From an uncultured Candidatus Binatia bacterium (GTDB taxonomy: Bacteria; Desulfobacterota; Binatia; Bin18), in contig OZ241744.1 in assembly GCA_965200965.1 (NCBI GenBank), positions 480,001 to 544,000 on the forward strand: 64,000 nt of DNA, given 5' to 3'. This document shows, piece after piece, positions 33,837 through 45,353 of this stretch. The position numbers and the translations under genes are program-made. The notes under the pieces are model-generated. The model ran no database searches and was not told the DNA's origin. It worked only from the letters and a program-made list of their open reading frames with translations. Numbering within the stretch: the stretch's first letter is position 1; every line of letters begins with the position of its first letter.

Positions 33837-34577
33837 ATGCAGATCATCACTGAACGAGCAAACGTCACCGTTGATGCCCAGACCATGGGGGCCTATCTGG
33901 CCCGGCCCAGCGGGCCGGGAAGTTATCCGGGGGTGCTGGTGTTTATGGAAATTTTTGGGGTGAATGCGCACATTCGTGAGCTCACTGAGCGCGTCGCTGC
34001 CGAGGGCTATGTGGCCCTGGCACCGGATTTTTTCCATCGCACCGGACCCGGTGTGGAATACGGCTATGACGAGACCGGCATGACCGAGGGCCTCAAGCTG
34101 CTCGGCCAACTCCAGGCCGACGAAATGATCGCCGACGCCCGGGCCTGTATTTCTTTTCTCAAGCGCAAGAACTATGTGCGGGGCGACCGGCTTGGGGCGG
34201 TCGGCTTTTGTGTTGGCGGGCATATGACCTATCTGACGGCGTGTGAGACAGATGTGAAGGCTGCGGCCAGTTTTTACGGCGGCGGGATTGCCGGGACGCA
34301 GGGCTTTGGCGGTGCGCCGTCTACCCTAAGCCGGACGAGCAAAATCGGCGGAAAGATCCTGTGTCTGTTTGGCGAAAAGGACGCGGCTATTCCGCTGGAG
34401 CAGGTGGATGCTATCCGGGCCGAGTTGAACACGCAGCATATCCCGCATGAGGTCGTGGTCTATCCGGGTGCCGGGCACGGCTTTTTCTGTGACCAGCGTG
34501 GATCGTACAACAAGGCCGCGGCCGACGATGCGTGGGAGAGGGTCAAGGCCCTGTTCGCGGCCGAGTTAGCCGGCTGA
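33837..34577 (+). CDS. Dienelactone hydrolase family
   Basis: EIFGVN, GFCVGG, FGEKD, GAGHGF; GGAGG RBS. Confidence 0.92.
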   Translation: MQIITERANVTVDAQTMGAYLARPSGPGSYPGVLVFMEIFGVNAHIRELTERVAAEGYVALAPDFFHRTGPGVEYGYDETGMTEGLKLLGQLQADEMIADARACISFLKRKNYVRGDRLGAVGFCVGGHMTYLTACETDVKAAASFYGGGIAGTQGFGGAPSTLSRTSKIGGKILCLFGEKDAAIPLEQVDAIRAELNTQHIPHEVVVYPGAGHGFFCDQRGSYNKAAADDAWERVKALFAAELAG

Positions 34578-34616
34578 AACCCGCGGCCCGCCCCATCCCA
34601 ATTGAGTGAGGAGCAT

Positions 34617-35429
34617 ATGGGTGTCCTGGATGGAAAAGTCGCCATTGTCACCGGTGCCGGGCGACTGCGCGGCATTGGCCGGGCGACCGCGGTGGCCCTG
34701 GCTGAGTTGGGTGCCGAGTTGGTTGTGACCGGGACCGGCCGTGACCCGTCCCGCTACCCGGACGACGAAAAGGCGCTTGGCTGGCGCGATATTGAAAGCG
34801 TGGCCGAGCAGGTCCGTGAGCGGGGCCAACGCTGCCTGCCGCTGGTTGCCAATATCGCAGACAGCGCCGATGTCCAACGCACGCTTGAAGCGACGCTGGG
34901 AGCGTTTGGTCGGATTGATATCCTGATTAACAATGCCGCCAGTGCCCGGGGGCCGGACCGGGTGCCGCTGACCGAACTGTCCGAGGGGCTGTGGCACCAA
35001 GTGCTTGAGGTCAAGCTGACGGGGAGCTTTTTGATGAGTCAGGCCGTGATCCCGCACTTGGTCAAGCAGGCTCAGGGGGGGAGTATTGTGAATATCTCTT
35101 CCATTGCCGGCAAGCGCGGCATGGCGAATGCGGTTGCCTATTGCACTTCCAATGCCGGCATCCAGGGCTTCAGCCAGGCCCTGGCGATGGAGCTGGCCCC
35201 GTATCAGATTCGCGTCAACGCGGTATGTCCGGGCGTGATTGACACCTCACGGATGGACGATTTGGGCCGCAAAGAACGCTGGGAGGCGACGATTCAGCAG
35301 TTGATTCCGCTCAAGCGGGCGGGTACCGACGAAGAAATCGGGAAATTTATCGCCTATCTGTGTACCCCTGAGGCCTCATACATCACCGGCCAGTCGCTCA
35401 ACATCGACGGCGGTGTGGTCATGTGGTAA
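34617..35429 (+). CDS. SDR oxidoreductase
   Basis: VTGAGRLRGIG, NNAA, NISS, NAVCPG; YxxxK reads YCTSN. Confidence 0.88.
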   Translation: MGVLDGKVAIVTGAGRLRGIGRATAVALAELGAELVVTGTGRDPSRYPDDEKALGWRDIESVAEQVRERGQRCLPLVANIADSADVQRTLEATLGAFGRIDILINNAASARGPDRVPLTELSEGLWHQVLEVKLTGSFLMSQAVIPHLVKQAQGGSIVNISSIAGKRGMANAVAYCTSNAGIQGFSQALAMELAPYQIRVNAVCPGVIDTSRMDDLGRKERWEATIQQLIPLKRAGTDEEIGKFIAYLCTPEASYITGQSLNIDGGVVMW

Positions 35430-37470
35430 GGCGCACGCTCAGTATATCCCGCCGGGCATCCACATGACCGATGGTGACCCGCAGCTTGGCACCCAGCCCA
35501 GGGCGTGGCGACAGGTTCAGCGGTACAAGCAGCAGGGTATCTTCAAGCTCGACAAAGGAGCGGCCGTGCAATTCTCGCACGACTTGGCCACCGACCTGTT
35601 GACCGATCCGGGCCTCCAGAGAGCGCAGCAACCAGTAGCGGGTGCTCTCCCGCTCACAGCGTTTTGAGGCCGCGCTTGATTCCTGCGCCCCGGCGGCAAC
35701 AAGCTGGAGGCGTTCCTCGTCAAACAGGGCGGTTCCGTGTTCAAGGTGGTGCTTGATCTGATGGTGCATTTGCAGGTCGTGGTAGCGCCGCAGCGGAGAG
35801 GTGACCTGGGTATAGATATCAAGCCCGAGGGCGCTGTGCGGGGCCGGCACAGTGCCGCGCTGTGAGGGCTTCATCAAACGCCGGGCGGCGTGGATGTACA
35901 CTTGGTGGCTCGGGCACTGCTCGGGGCTGGGAACAGCCTCGTCCGGTGGGGGCTGACCAATATACAGCGCCGGCAGGCCGTGCCGCTGGCAGTAGCGGGC
36001 GGCAATCTCGTTGGCCAGAATCATGCCCTCGCCAACCAGGCTGCGGGCTGGAGAATCGTTGGCCAGGACCGAGACCGTAATCTCGGGTCGGGCCTCTGGT
36101 GGGCTGTCGCTGACCCGGACCTTCACCTCGCTGCCCTCGATAATCACCGCCCCGTTTGCCACCCGTTGGGCGCGCCGCAGCCGCGCCGCAGTATTGAGCC
36201 CTTGGAGGGCGTTGGTATAGAGATCGTCGCCCTCGGCCTCGATCAGGGTGTCGGCCTCGGCATAGGTCAGCCGCCGGGCCACACGGATCACGCTGCGGCA
36301 GATGCGCTCGACACACAGCTGACCGCGCTCATCAAGGCTGGCGAAAAAACTCAGCGCCGGCCGGTCTTGTCCGGCAACCAGGCTGGCGGTCTGCTGGCTG
36401 AGGGCAGGCGGGAGCATGGGTAGGGTGGCGCGGGGAAGATAGACCGTGGTGCCGCGTTGAAGGGCGGCGCGGTCGATCGCTCCGTCGGGCTGGACAAAAA
36501 AGCTGGCGTCGGCGATGTGGACTCCAATCAACGGCCTGCCGTTTTCCTCGCCCAGGCTCAGGGCGTCGTCAATGTCGCTGGTCTCGGCGTCGTCAATCGT
36601 AAACGTCAACAGGGATCTCAGGTCCAGATAGCCCGCCGGCTGGGGCGGAAAGGCCGGGACGGCCTCTGCCGCGCTGAGGACCTCGTCTGAAAAACGGGTC
36701 TGGATGTTGTAACGCAGCAGGCTCAGTTCCTCCTCGGCGTCCCAGACGCTAAGGGCGACTAAGAGCTGGAAGGCTACATCCCAGGGATGGCCTTTGGCCC
36801 GAAAGCCGCTCTCGGCCAGGAGTTTGAGGGCCTGGGACTTTTTGTCATAATGCTCACTGTGGAGGGCCAAGCCTTTGAGGAGATCAATAAATCGCTCGCT
36901 CCCGTCCGGCGGGGTCGGCGTCCCCGGTGTGGCCTGGGTGGCCTGTACCCAGGCCACAAACTCGGCCTGGGCCTGCCGGCGCTGGCGTTCCATCGCCTGT
37001 TGATGTCGCAACTCCTCTACACTCTTGGCGTCGCGCCGGACAAACTCACCGAGTTGCTTCTCCTTGAAGTACACGCCCTCATTCCACAGCGCGTCTAACA
37101 CCCCGGCCATGGCCAGCGGCTCGTCGTGAGGAACAACGAAGCCGGCCAGTTCTTGCCATGAAAACATGTCGGTGTCCGCGTCCTGGAGCAACTCCCACAG
37201 TTCTTTCAGGTCGAGATTCCGGGCGTAGCCGACAACCCGTTGGCGCAACTCCTGGAAGCGTTGTTTGAGTTCCGCCGGCGGCTGGCTGGGTGCAACGGTC
37301 TGCCCACAGTCCAGCACGATGCGGGCTGGGATGAGGGTGGACTTTTTGCCATCCTCGCCCACAATTTCGACCTGGGCTTTGCCCTTGCTCGTTGTTGACA
37401 GGGGCGTATTGATAGCCCCTAAGGCCAGCCGGCCGCGCTCACGGTAGACAATGACGGTTCCAATCTGCAT
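35419..37470 (-). CDS. RNB-domain ribonuclease (RNase II/R family)
   Basis: TIDDAETSDIDDALS, VHIAD, TSPLRRYHDL. Confidence 0.92.
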   Translation of the reverse strand: MQIGTVIVYRERGRLALGAINTPLSTTSKGKAQVEIVGEDGKKSTLIPARIVLDCGQTVAPSQPPAELKQRFQELRQRVVGYARNLDLKELWELLQDADTDMFSWQELAGFVVPHDEPLAMAGVLDALWNEGVYFKEKQLGEFVRRDAKSVEELRHQQAMERQRRQAQAEFVAWVQATQATPGTPTPPDGSERFIDLLKGLALHSEHYDKKSQALKLLAESGFRAKGHPWDVAFQLLVALSVWDAEEELSLLRYNIQTRFSDEVLSAAEAVPAFPPQPAGYLDLRSLLTFTIDDAETSDIDDALSLGEENGRPLIGVHIADASFFVQPDGAIDRAALQRGTTVYLPRATLPMLPPALSQQTASLVAGQDRPALSFFASLDERGQLCVERICRSVIRVARRLTYAEADTLIEAEGDDLYTNALQGLNTAARLRRAQRVANGAVIIEGSEVKVRVSDSPPEARPEITVSVLANDSPARSLVGEGMILANEIAARYCQRHGLPALYIGQPPPDEAVPSPEQCPSHQVYIHAARRLMKPSQRGTVPAPHSALGLDIYTQVTSPLRRYHDLQMHHQIKHHLEHGTALFDEERLQLVAAGAQESSAASKRCERESTRYWLLRSLEARIGQQVGGQVVRELHGRSFVELEDTLLLVPLNLSPRPGLGAKLRVTIGHVDARRDILSVRLTT

Positions 37471-37498
37471 AGTACAGACACACTGCTCTGGAAGGATT

Positions 37499-38713
37499 AT
37501 GCACACTATGCCCGCCGCTCTGCTGCAAGTCAAAGCGATTGACAGTCTCGGCGAGGTTGAGCCGGCCGCCTGGGACGCCCTGCTTGGTGACGGCTCTCCC
37601 TTCCTCGAATGGGGCTGGCTGTCGAGTCTGGAAGAGTCGCACTGCGTGGTGCCCAAAACCGGCTGGCAGCCCCAGCATCTGGTCGTCTACGAGGGCCAGC
37701 GGCTGATCGCCGCCTGTCCTCTGTACCTCAAGGGCCACAGCATGGGCGAGTTTGTTTTTGACCACGGTTGGGCCGATGCCGCCCACCGGGCGGGCATTGA
37801 GTACTATCCCAAGATGCTGGTTGCGGCACCGTTTACCCCGGCCACCGGCATCCGTTTTCTGACCGCCCCAGGCAGTGACCGACAAGCCTTGATTCAGCTG
37901 CTGGGCAAGACCTTGCAGCAGCTCTGTCAACAGAACACCTTCTCTTCGGTCCATATTAATTTCTGTCTGCCGGACGAGGCCGAGGCGCTGGGTGAGATCG
38001 GCTACCTCAAGCGGATGGGCTTGCAGTATCAGTGGCTGAACTACGAATATGAGACTTTTGACGATTATCTGGCCCATTTTCGCAATAAGCGCCGTAATCA
38101 GATCAAGCGTGAAATGCGCGAGATGGACCAGCTCGGGGTGACGATCCAGGCACACAATGGCGAGGAGATTACGGACGATCTGTTCCCCTGTATGTATCGG
38201 CTGTACAAAGCCCATATCGATAAGCTGTACTGGGGCCGGCAGTATCTGCGCGCCGAGTTTTTCGATTTGCTGGCCGAGCGATTTCGGAAAAACCTGTGTT
38301 TTGTGGCGGCCCGCTACCAGGGTGAGATTATCGCCGGCACGATCAACGTCCAGAAAAGCGGGGTAATGTACGGCCGCTATTGGGGCTGTTTTCGCGAGTT
38401 GCGCCACCTGCACTTCAACGTCTGCTACTACGCGGCCATTGCCCACTGTATCCAAAACGGCATGGTGCGCTTTGAACCCGGCGCGGGCGGAGACTTCAAG
38501 CGTCTGCGCGGCTTTGACCCCCAGCCGACGATCAGTATGCACTTCCTGGCCGAGCCGCGTTTTGCCGAGGCGGTGGGGCGCTTTCTTGAGCGGGAGCGCG
38601 ACCAGGTAGACCAGACGATCGACTGGCTGCGGCAGGATAGCGAGCTCAAGCTGGGGACCGGCGAAAACCGGCTGCGGCCGCTTCGCCACCTCGGAAAATT
38701 GGGCGGCGGCTGA
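37499..38713 (+). CDS. GNAT/FemAB-like protein (DUF482 family)
   Basis: PLYLKGHSMGEFVFDHGWA, YYPK..PFTPATG, YGRYWG, LHFNVCYY, FEPGAGG. Confidence 0.9.
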   Translation: MHTMPAALLQVKAIDSLGEVEPAAWDALLGDGSPFLEWGWLSSLEESHCVVPKTGWQPQHLVVYEGQRLIAACPLYLKGHSMGEFVFDHGWADAAHRAGIEYYPKMLVAAPFTPATGIRFLTAPGSDRQALIQLLGKTLQQLCQQNTFSSVHINFCLPDEAEALGEIGYLKRMGLQYQWLNYEYETFDDYLAHFRNKRRNQIKREMREMDQLGVTIQAHNGEEITDDLFPCMYRLYKAHIDKLYWGRQYLRAEFFDLLAERFRKNLCFVAARYQGEIIAGTINVQKSGVMYGRYWGCFRELRHLHFNVCYYAAIAHCIQNGMVRFEPGAGGDFKRLRGFDPQPTISMHFLAEPRFAEAVGRFLERERDQVDQTIDWLRQDSELKLGTGENRLRPLRHLGKLGGG

Positions 38714-38723
38714 GCGCGTCGCG

Positions 38724-38752
38724 TTGACAGCCACCGTCACGCGGCGTAGTAT
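38724..38752 (+). promoter_or_regulatory. Sigma70 promoter for the TPP riboswitch-thiC transcript
   Basis: TTGACA-17nt-TAGTAT just upstream of the riboswitch. Confidence 0.7.
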
Positions 38753-38774
38753 CCGCCATATCCCGGCCACACGG

Positions 38775-38865
38775 CCCTTGGGGGAGCCGAGCAATTGGCT
38801 GAGAGGATGGGTCTTGGGACTCATCGACCCCTGGAACCTGCTCTGGGTAATGCCAGCGAAGGGAA
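38775..38865 (+). promoter_or_regulatory. TPP riboswitch
   Basis: GGGGAGCC..GGCTGAGAGG..GACCCCTGGAACCTG..TGGGTAATGCCAGCGAAGGGA; CCCTT/AAGGG P1; upstream of thiC. Confidence 0.93.
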
Positions 38866-38979
38866 TACGGTGCCACGTTTCTCTACGTTTTTTCTTACAC
38901 TTGTCACTATCCGACGGTGTCTTCCGCCCTCCGGCCAGACTGGGTCAGCGGCGCGCGGAGCCCGTCGTCTTGGGAATAA

Positions 38980-40836
<1,857 letters not shown>

Positions 40837-40906
40837 GGGCCGGTCCTGGAATTGACACTGCCTATGCCTGCTCTGTATGCTCCGCTACAGCCGCGAAGGG
40901 AGGACG

Positions 40907-41077
40907 ATGGGCATGGCAAAGCGACACGCAGTCCCGCTCCACCTGATTGAGGGCAGCCGCGCCCACATCCGCGCCCAGCTGCCGGCCAGCCCAGACGCCT
41001 TCTTTGACATCTGTGTCGATGAAGAGGCTGACGAAGCGCGTCGTCGGACCCAAGAGGCCCCAGACGCCGCTTGCTGA
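40907..41077 (+). CDS. Small hypothetical protein (56 aa)
   Basis: GGGAGG RBS before ATG; fills the gap upstream of the cysteine synthase. Confidence 0.4.
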   Translation: MGMAKRHAVPLHLIEGSRAHIRAQLPASPDAFFDICVDEEADEARRRTQEAPDAAC

Positions 41078-41095
41078 GCGCCTTGCGGAGGACGC

Positions 41096-42025
41096 ATGCC
41101 ACACCCCCAAGCTATTCAAGCCCTCATCCAGAACTACCCGTTGCTGACCGCGGTTGGCAACACCCCGCTCGTTCCGGTCACGCTGTTTGAGGCTGAGTTG
41201 CCCGAGGTCGAGCTCTTGACCAAGTGCGAGTTCTTGAATCCCGGCGGCTCGGTCAAAGATCGGCCGGTGTTACGCATGCTGACCCAGGCGGTGGTTGATG
41301 GACATTTGCCGCCCGAGCGGGTGATTCTTGACTCCTCGTCCGGCAACGCCGGCATCGCCTATGCCATGATTGGCTCGATTCTGGGCCGCAGGGTCGAACT
41401 CGTCGTGCCGGAGAACGCCAGCCAGGAGCGTAAGCAACGCATCCGCGCCCACGGGGCAGACCTGGTGTTGACCGACGCGGTGGCCGGCTATGACGAGGCG
41501 CTGCGTGAGGTGCGCCGCCGCTATGAAGCCCGGCCTGAGCACTATTTGTTTGCCGATCAATACAGCAACGACAGCAACTGGCGCGCCCACTATGAAACAA
41601 CCGCCGAAGAAATCCTGTCTCAAACCGACGGCCGCCTGGACTGGTTTGTGGCCGGTGTCGGCACCGGCGGCACAATTACCGGGGTGGCACGACGCCTCAA
41701 GGAATACAACCCGGCTATCAGGATTGCGTGTGTGGCACCTGGGGAGTTTCCCGGGGTAGAAGGGCTGAAACCCCTGGGGCCGGATTATATTATGCCAGAG
41801 ATTTTTGACCCGGACCTTGTTGATGAGTGGATAGCGGTGCAGACTGAGCATGCCTATGAGATGTGTAACCGGGTCGCCCGCCTGGGGTTCTTTATCGGCC
41901 AGTCTTCGGGGGCGTATCTGTACGGGGCCTGGAAAACCGCCCAGCAGCTTGGGCGGGGTCGCATCGTCACCTTATTCCCGGATATTGGCGAGCGTTACAG
42001 CAGCACCAGTCTGTGGGCGAGCTAG
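41096..42025 (+). CDS. PLP-dependent cysteine synthase family (CysM-like)
   Basis: VGNTPLV, NPGGSVKDR, SSGNAG, GVGTGGT, GQSSGA, FPDIGERY. Confidence 0.92.
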   Translation: MPHPQAIQALIQNYPLLTAVGNTPLVPVTLFEAELPEVELLTKCEFLNPGGSVKDRPVLRMLTQAVVDGHLPPERVILDSSSGNAGIAYAMIGSILGRRVELVVPENASQERKQRIRAHGADLVLTDAVAGYDEALREVRRRYEARPEHYLFADQYSNDSNWRAHYETTAEEILSQTDGRLDWFVAGVGTGGTITGVARRLKEYNPAIRIACVAPGEFPGVEGLKPLGPDYIMPEIFDPDLVDEWIAVQTEHAYEMCNRVARLGFFIGQSSGAYLYGAWKTAQQLGRGRIVTLFPDIGERYSSTSLWAS

Positions 42026-42038
42026 CGCGTCCGCCGCT

Positions 42039-42461
42039 TTACTTGGTAAAGCCCCTGCGCAGTGCTCTGACGGCTTTCAGCATCCCCTCCAGCGAGTTCG
42101 CCTTCTCGGCGGCAACCAGTTGGGCGAGCGCCTGTTGTTCGGCCTTGCTTAGACCCTGCTGTTGTTGTTGGGCGGTATCACGGATGAACTGCTGCCACCT
42201 CGACGCGGTCGGGACGGCCGGTTTGGCCTTGCCCAGTAGACGGCGGACCTTGGGGTTGGCTAAGAGGTAAAGGTCCTGGGCGTTGAGCTTGAGCGCGGTC
42301 GAGAGTTTTTCAACGACTTTTTGGCTCGGGTGACGCATGCCGCGTTCCAGGTAGCCGATATAATTTGCCTTGACTCCGACTTTTTTGGCGACCCTTTCTT
42401 GGGTAAGCGATAGCTCGCGCCGGCGGTCTTCAATCACGCGCCCGAAGCTCTTCTCCGCCAT
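42039..42461 (-). CDS. XRE-family helix-turn-helix regulator
   Basis: RRRELSLTQERVAKKVGVKANYIGYLERGMRHPS; GGAGGAGG RBS. Confidence 0.85.
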   Translation of the reverse strand: MAEKSFGRVIEDRRRELSLTQERVAKKVGVKANYIGYLERGMRHPSQKVVEKLSTALKLNAQDLYLLANPKVRRLLGKAKPAVPTASRWQQFIRDTAQQQQQGLSKAEQQALAQLVAAEKANSLEGMLKAVRALRRGFTK

Positions 42462-42607
42462 AATCAAAGACCCTCCTCCATCTCCAGCGTAACAGGCTCT
42501 CCTAGCATGCTTCCTCTCGCCGCGTAAAGCGTTTGTGGGGCCGCATGACTCGCACAGTGAGAGGGACCGGTCCCGGGACTCACTCGGTGTTGTAGACCCC
42601 GCGGCAC

Positions 42608-42633
42608 AAAAAAGCCCGCCACACGGCGGGCTT
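42608..42633 (-). terminator. Intrinsic terminator downstream of tRNA-Val
   Basis: AAGCCCGCC-GTGT-GGCGGGCTTTTTT on the minus strand. Confidence 0.85.
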
Positions 42634-42638
42634 GGGCA

Positions 42639-42712
42639 TGGTCGCACGGTGACTCGAACACCGGACCTCTTGCATGTGAAGCAAGCGCTCTAACCGGCTG
42701 AGCTATGCGACC
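42639..42712 (-). tRNA. tRNA-Val(CAC)
   Basis: Minus strand GGTCGCATAGCTCAGCCGGTTAGAGCGCTTGCTTCACATGCAAGAGGTCCGGTGTTCGAGTCACCGTGCGACCA. Confidence 0.93.
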
Positions 42713-42782
42713 GTGTCAAGGCTCTTCCTATCACGCTCCGCCAAAGACTGTAAACGGGGGCCGTGTCTGGGGGGCAGCGGCC

Positions 42783-43070
42783 CTAGGTCGAGGCCGATTT
42801 ACTTGAGCTGTTTGACGTAGAGGTCGAGCCTGCGTTGTCTTTTTTGTCGCTGCCGGTCTTGGTCTCGTTGCCCGAGTCCGATTTGGCCGCGCCGTTCTTG
42901 CTGTAGTCGGTCGCATACCAGCCGCCGCCTTTGAGGTGAAAAGCCGACTGAGAGATCAGCTTTGTGACCCTGCGGCGACAGATCGGACACTTCCTGAGGG
43001 GGTCTTCAGTAATGCGCTGGGTGATTTCAAATTCGCCGCATTTTTTGCAGGCGTATTCATAAATCGGCAT
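42783..43070 (-). CDS. FmdB-family zinc-ribbon protein
   Basis: MPIYEYACKKCG...CPIC...FHLKGGGWYATDY. Confidence 0.92.
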   Translation of the reverse strand: MPIYEYACKKCGEFEITQRITEDPLRKCPICRRRVTKLISQSAFHLKGGGWYATDYSKNGAAKSDSGNETKTGSDKKDNAGSTSTSNSSSKSAST

Positions 43071-43209
43071 GGCGTGTCGTCCTCCGCTCGAAGCTCGGGC
43101 AGCCTGGAGGAACGCTAATCATCTCGCTTTTTGTTGTCAAGTCTGGCCACCTGGGGTGTGGGGCCGGTGTCGAGGTCCGAAGGATCGCTGGCCAGACTCC
43201 AGCCACACC

Positions 43210-43515
43210 TCAGCCCATACTCCGGGCCAGATCGGATAGGGTCTGGACCAGAAACGACTGGAGAAAAAAGATGAGGACAAGCACCAGGATGGGCGTCAGA
43301 TCAATGCCGCTGTACACGGTGGGGAAGGGCACGAACTGTCGAACCTTGGCCAAGACCGGATCGGTCGCGGCGTGTAGAAACCGGACAATCGGATTATACG
43401 GGTCCGGGCTGACCCACGACAGAATGGCCCGAATGATGATAATCCACTTATACAGCGACAGCACTATGTTGAGCACCGACGCAATTGAGGACAGCAGGTT
43501 GCTAATGACGAACAT
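43210..43515 (-). CDS. yggT: YggT family membrane protein
   Basis: IIRAILSWVSPDPYNPIVRFL..TDPVL, IDLTP. Confidence 0.92.
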   Translation of the reverse strand: MFVISNLLSSIASVLNIVLSLYKWIIIIRAILSWVSPDPYNPIVRFLHAATDPVLAKVRQFVPFPTVYSGIDLTPILVLVLIFFLQSFLVQTLSDLARSMG

Positions 43516-43570
43516 GGGGAGTTACAGAACAAACTTTTCTCCGGGAGTTGTCAGAATGAAGACTGCTTGA

Positions 43571-43600
43571 AGCATACCTTGGGTGAGCAGGGAAAGTCAA
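43571..43600 (-). promoter_or_regulatory. Putative sigma70 promoter of yggT
   Basis: TTGACT-18nt-TATGCT on the minus strand. Confidence 0.45.
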
Positions 43601-43824
43601 CCAGGGCTAAGGAGAAGGAATCGCAGCAAAGCCGTGTATGAGCAAGTACAATGTGGTCCCTGTTGTCATTGACAGTCCAGAGAAGATTGTGGCGGAGTAG
43701 CGGGGTTCCCTACAATCTCAAAAGCCGCCATACGGCAAACAACATCCTCAGAAGAAGCGGGCAGCTCAAAACGAGTATAACCGGCGTATTACATGGAGCC
43801 GTCGACTTTGGGATCTAATTTCCT

Positions 43825-44634
43825 TTACGATTTGCCCAATTCGCGTGAACGACGGGTAGCGGCCTCAATACCGGCAATCACGGTGTTGGTAAACTTGCCT
43901 TTGTGCAGACGGGCCAGCCCGGCCAGCGTTGTGCCGCCCGGCGAGGACACCATCTCGCGCAGCCGCTGCGGGCTGTGACCCGATTCCTGGAGCATGGCGG
44001 CCGCCCCGCTGAGGGTTTGCAGTGCGAGCTGGGTGGCCAGCTTGGCCGGCAGACCGACCTTGGTACCCCCGGCAATCAGGGCCTCGGCAAACAGGTAGAC
44101 ATAGGCCGGTCCACTGCCGCTCAGCCCGGTCACGGCGTCCATCAGACCCTCATCTTTGACGCTGGTGGCCTCGCCCACCCCGCGAAACAGGCTGAGGGCC
44201 AGCTTCTCATCTTTGGCCGTGGCTTTTTTGCCGCGCGTCACCACCGCCATGCCTTTTGCCAGCAGGGCCGGGGTGTTGGGCATGACACGAATGACCCGGG
44301 CGGCGTCTCCGAGGCCAGTTTCCAGCCGGGCCAGGGGCACCCCGGCGACAATCGAGATAAACAGGTACTCCTTTGTGACATGGGGGTGAATCTCGGCCAG
44401 GACTTGATCCAGGGTCTGGGGTTTGACGGCCAGGACGACGGTGTGGGCGTTTTGCACCAGCCGCGTATTGTCGCGCATCCCCTCTATCCCATAGGCGCGT
44501 TTGATCTTGCGAAGCTGGGCCGGCAGGGTATCGCTGACCAGCAGGTCCCCAGCGCTGTAGAGTTGTGCTTCAAGGAGTCCCTTGATCAGTGCCCCAGCCA
44601 TATTGCCAGCGCCGATAAATCCGATTGTGCTCAT
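43825..44634 (-). CDS. proC: Pyrroline-5-carboxylate reductase
   Basis: GFIGAGNM, AVKPQ, RVMPNTP, SGSGPAY, VSSPGGTT. Confidence 0.97.
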   Translation of the reverse strand: MSTIGFIGAGNMAGALIKGLLEAQLYSAGDLLVSDTLPAQLRKIKRAYGIEGMRDNTRLVQNAHTVVLAVKPQTLDQVLAEIHPHVTKEYLFISIVAGVPLARLETGLGDAARVIRVMPNTPALLAKGMAVVTRGKKATAKDEKLALSLFRGVGEATSVKDEGLMDAVTGLSGSGPAYVYLFAEALIAGGTKVGLPAKLATQLALQTLSGAAAMLQESGHSPQRLREMVSSPGGTTLAGLARLHKGKFTNTVIAGIEAATRRSRELGKS

Positions 44635-44648
44635 CGCTCCTGCCCTCT

Positions 44649-45350
44649 TTATGACCGCCGCTCGCCAAATATCGACCGGCCTATCCGCACCAGGGTTGCG
44701 CCCTCTTCAATGGCCAGCGCATAGTCGTCGGTCATACCCATTGAGAGTTCGCGCAGGCGGATATTGGACGCCTCCATTGCACCGTATTCGCGCTGCAAGC
44801 GGGCCAGCCGGCGAAAATAGTAGCGCGCGGACTGTCCCGCCGGTGGAATCGTCATCAAGCCCTCAACCCGCACCTGCGAGAGGGTGTGTACTGTCTCTAG
44901 CAAGGGGCCTAGGTCGGCCTCGGCCAAGCCCGTCTTCGTGGTCTCGCCACCCAGCTTGATCTCGACCAGGCTCCGCACGGTGAGATTCTGCTTTTTTGCC
45001 TGGCGGTCAAGCTCGCGGGCTAGAGCAATGCTGTCAAGCGAGTGGATGAGGCTGAACAGCGGCACCGCGGTCCTGGCTTTATTGCGCTGGAGATGACCGA
45101 TCAGATGCCACTGGCCGGGAGCTGAGACCGCCTCCCGTTTGCGCTGCGCTTCCTGGACATAATTCTCGCCTATGGTCGTTGCCCCCGCGGCCAGAGCCGC
45201 CCGGACGGCCTGCGGTCCTTGGGTCTTGGCGGCACACACAATCGTAATCTCTTCCGGTTGGCGGCCGCAACGGAGCGCGGCCCGGGCAACCTGCTCACAC
45301 ACCCGAGTGTAGTTTGCCGCGATATCAACATCAGCGCGGTCCGTCATCAC
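44649..45350 (-). CDS. yggS: PLP homeostasis protein (YggS family)
   Basis: GENYVQE, WHLIGHLQRNK, GLMTIPP, LSMGMTDDY..AIEEGATLVRIG. Confidence 0.95.
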   Translation of the reverse strand: MMTDRADVDIAANYTRVCEQVARAALRCGRQPEEITIVCAAKTQGPQAVRAALAAGATTIGENYVQEAQRKREAVSAPGQWHLIGHLQRNKARTAVPLFSLIHSLDSIALARELDRQAKKQNLTVRSLVEIKLGGETTKTGLAEADLGPLLETVHTLSQVRVEGLMTIPPAGQSARYYFRRLARLQREYGAMEASNIRLRELSMGMTDDYALAIEEGATLVRIGRSIFGERRS

Positions 45351-45353
45351 TCC

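Noticed and set aside
37439-38824. Long antisense ORFs (for example 37439-38824, 23242-24423, 52779-53927, 7951-8838)
   Set aside because: Shadow frames of well-supported genes in GC-rich DNA, with no motifs of their own.
42462-42607. Possible 6S or other structured RNA between tRNA-Val and the XRE gene
   Set aside because: No recognisable consensus or long closing helix; best read as promoter/leader DNA.
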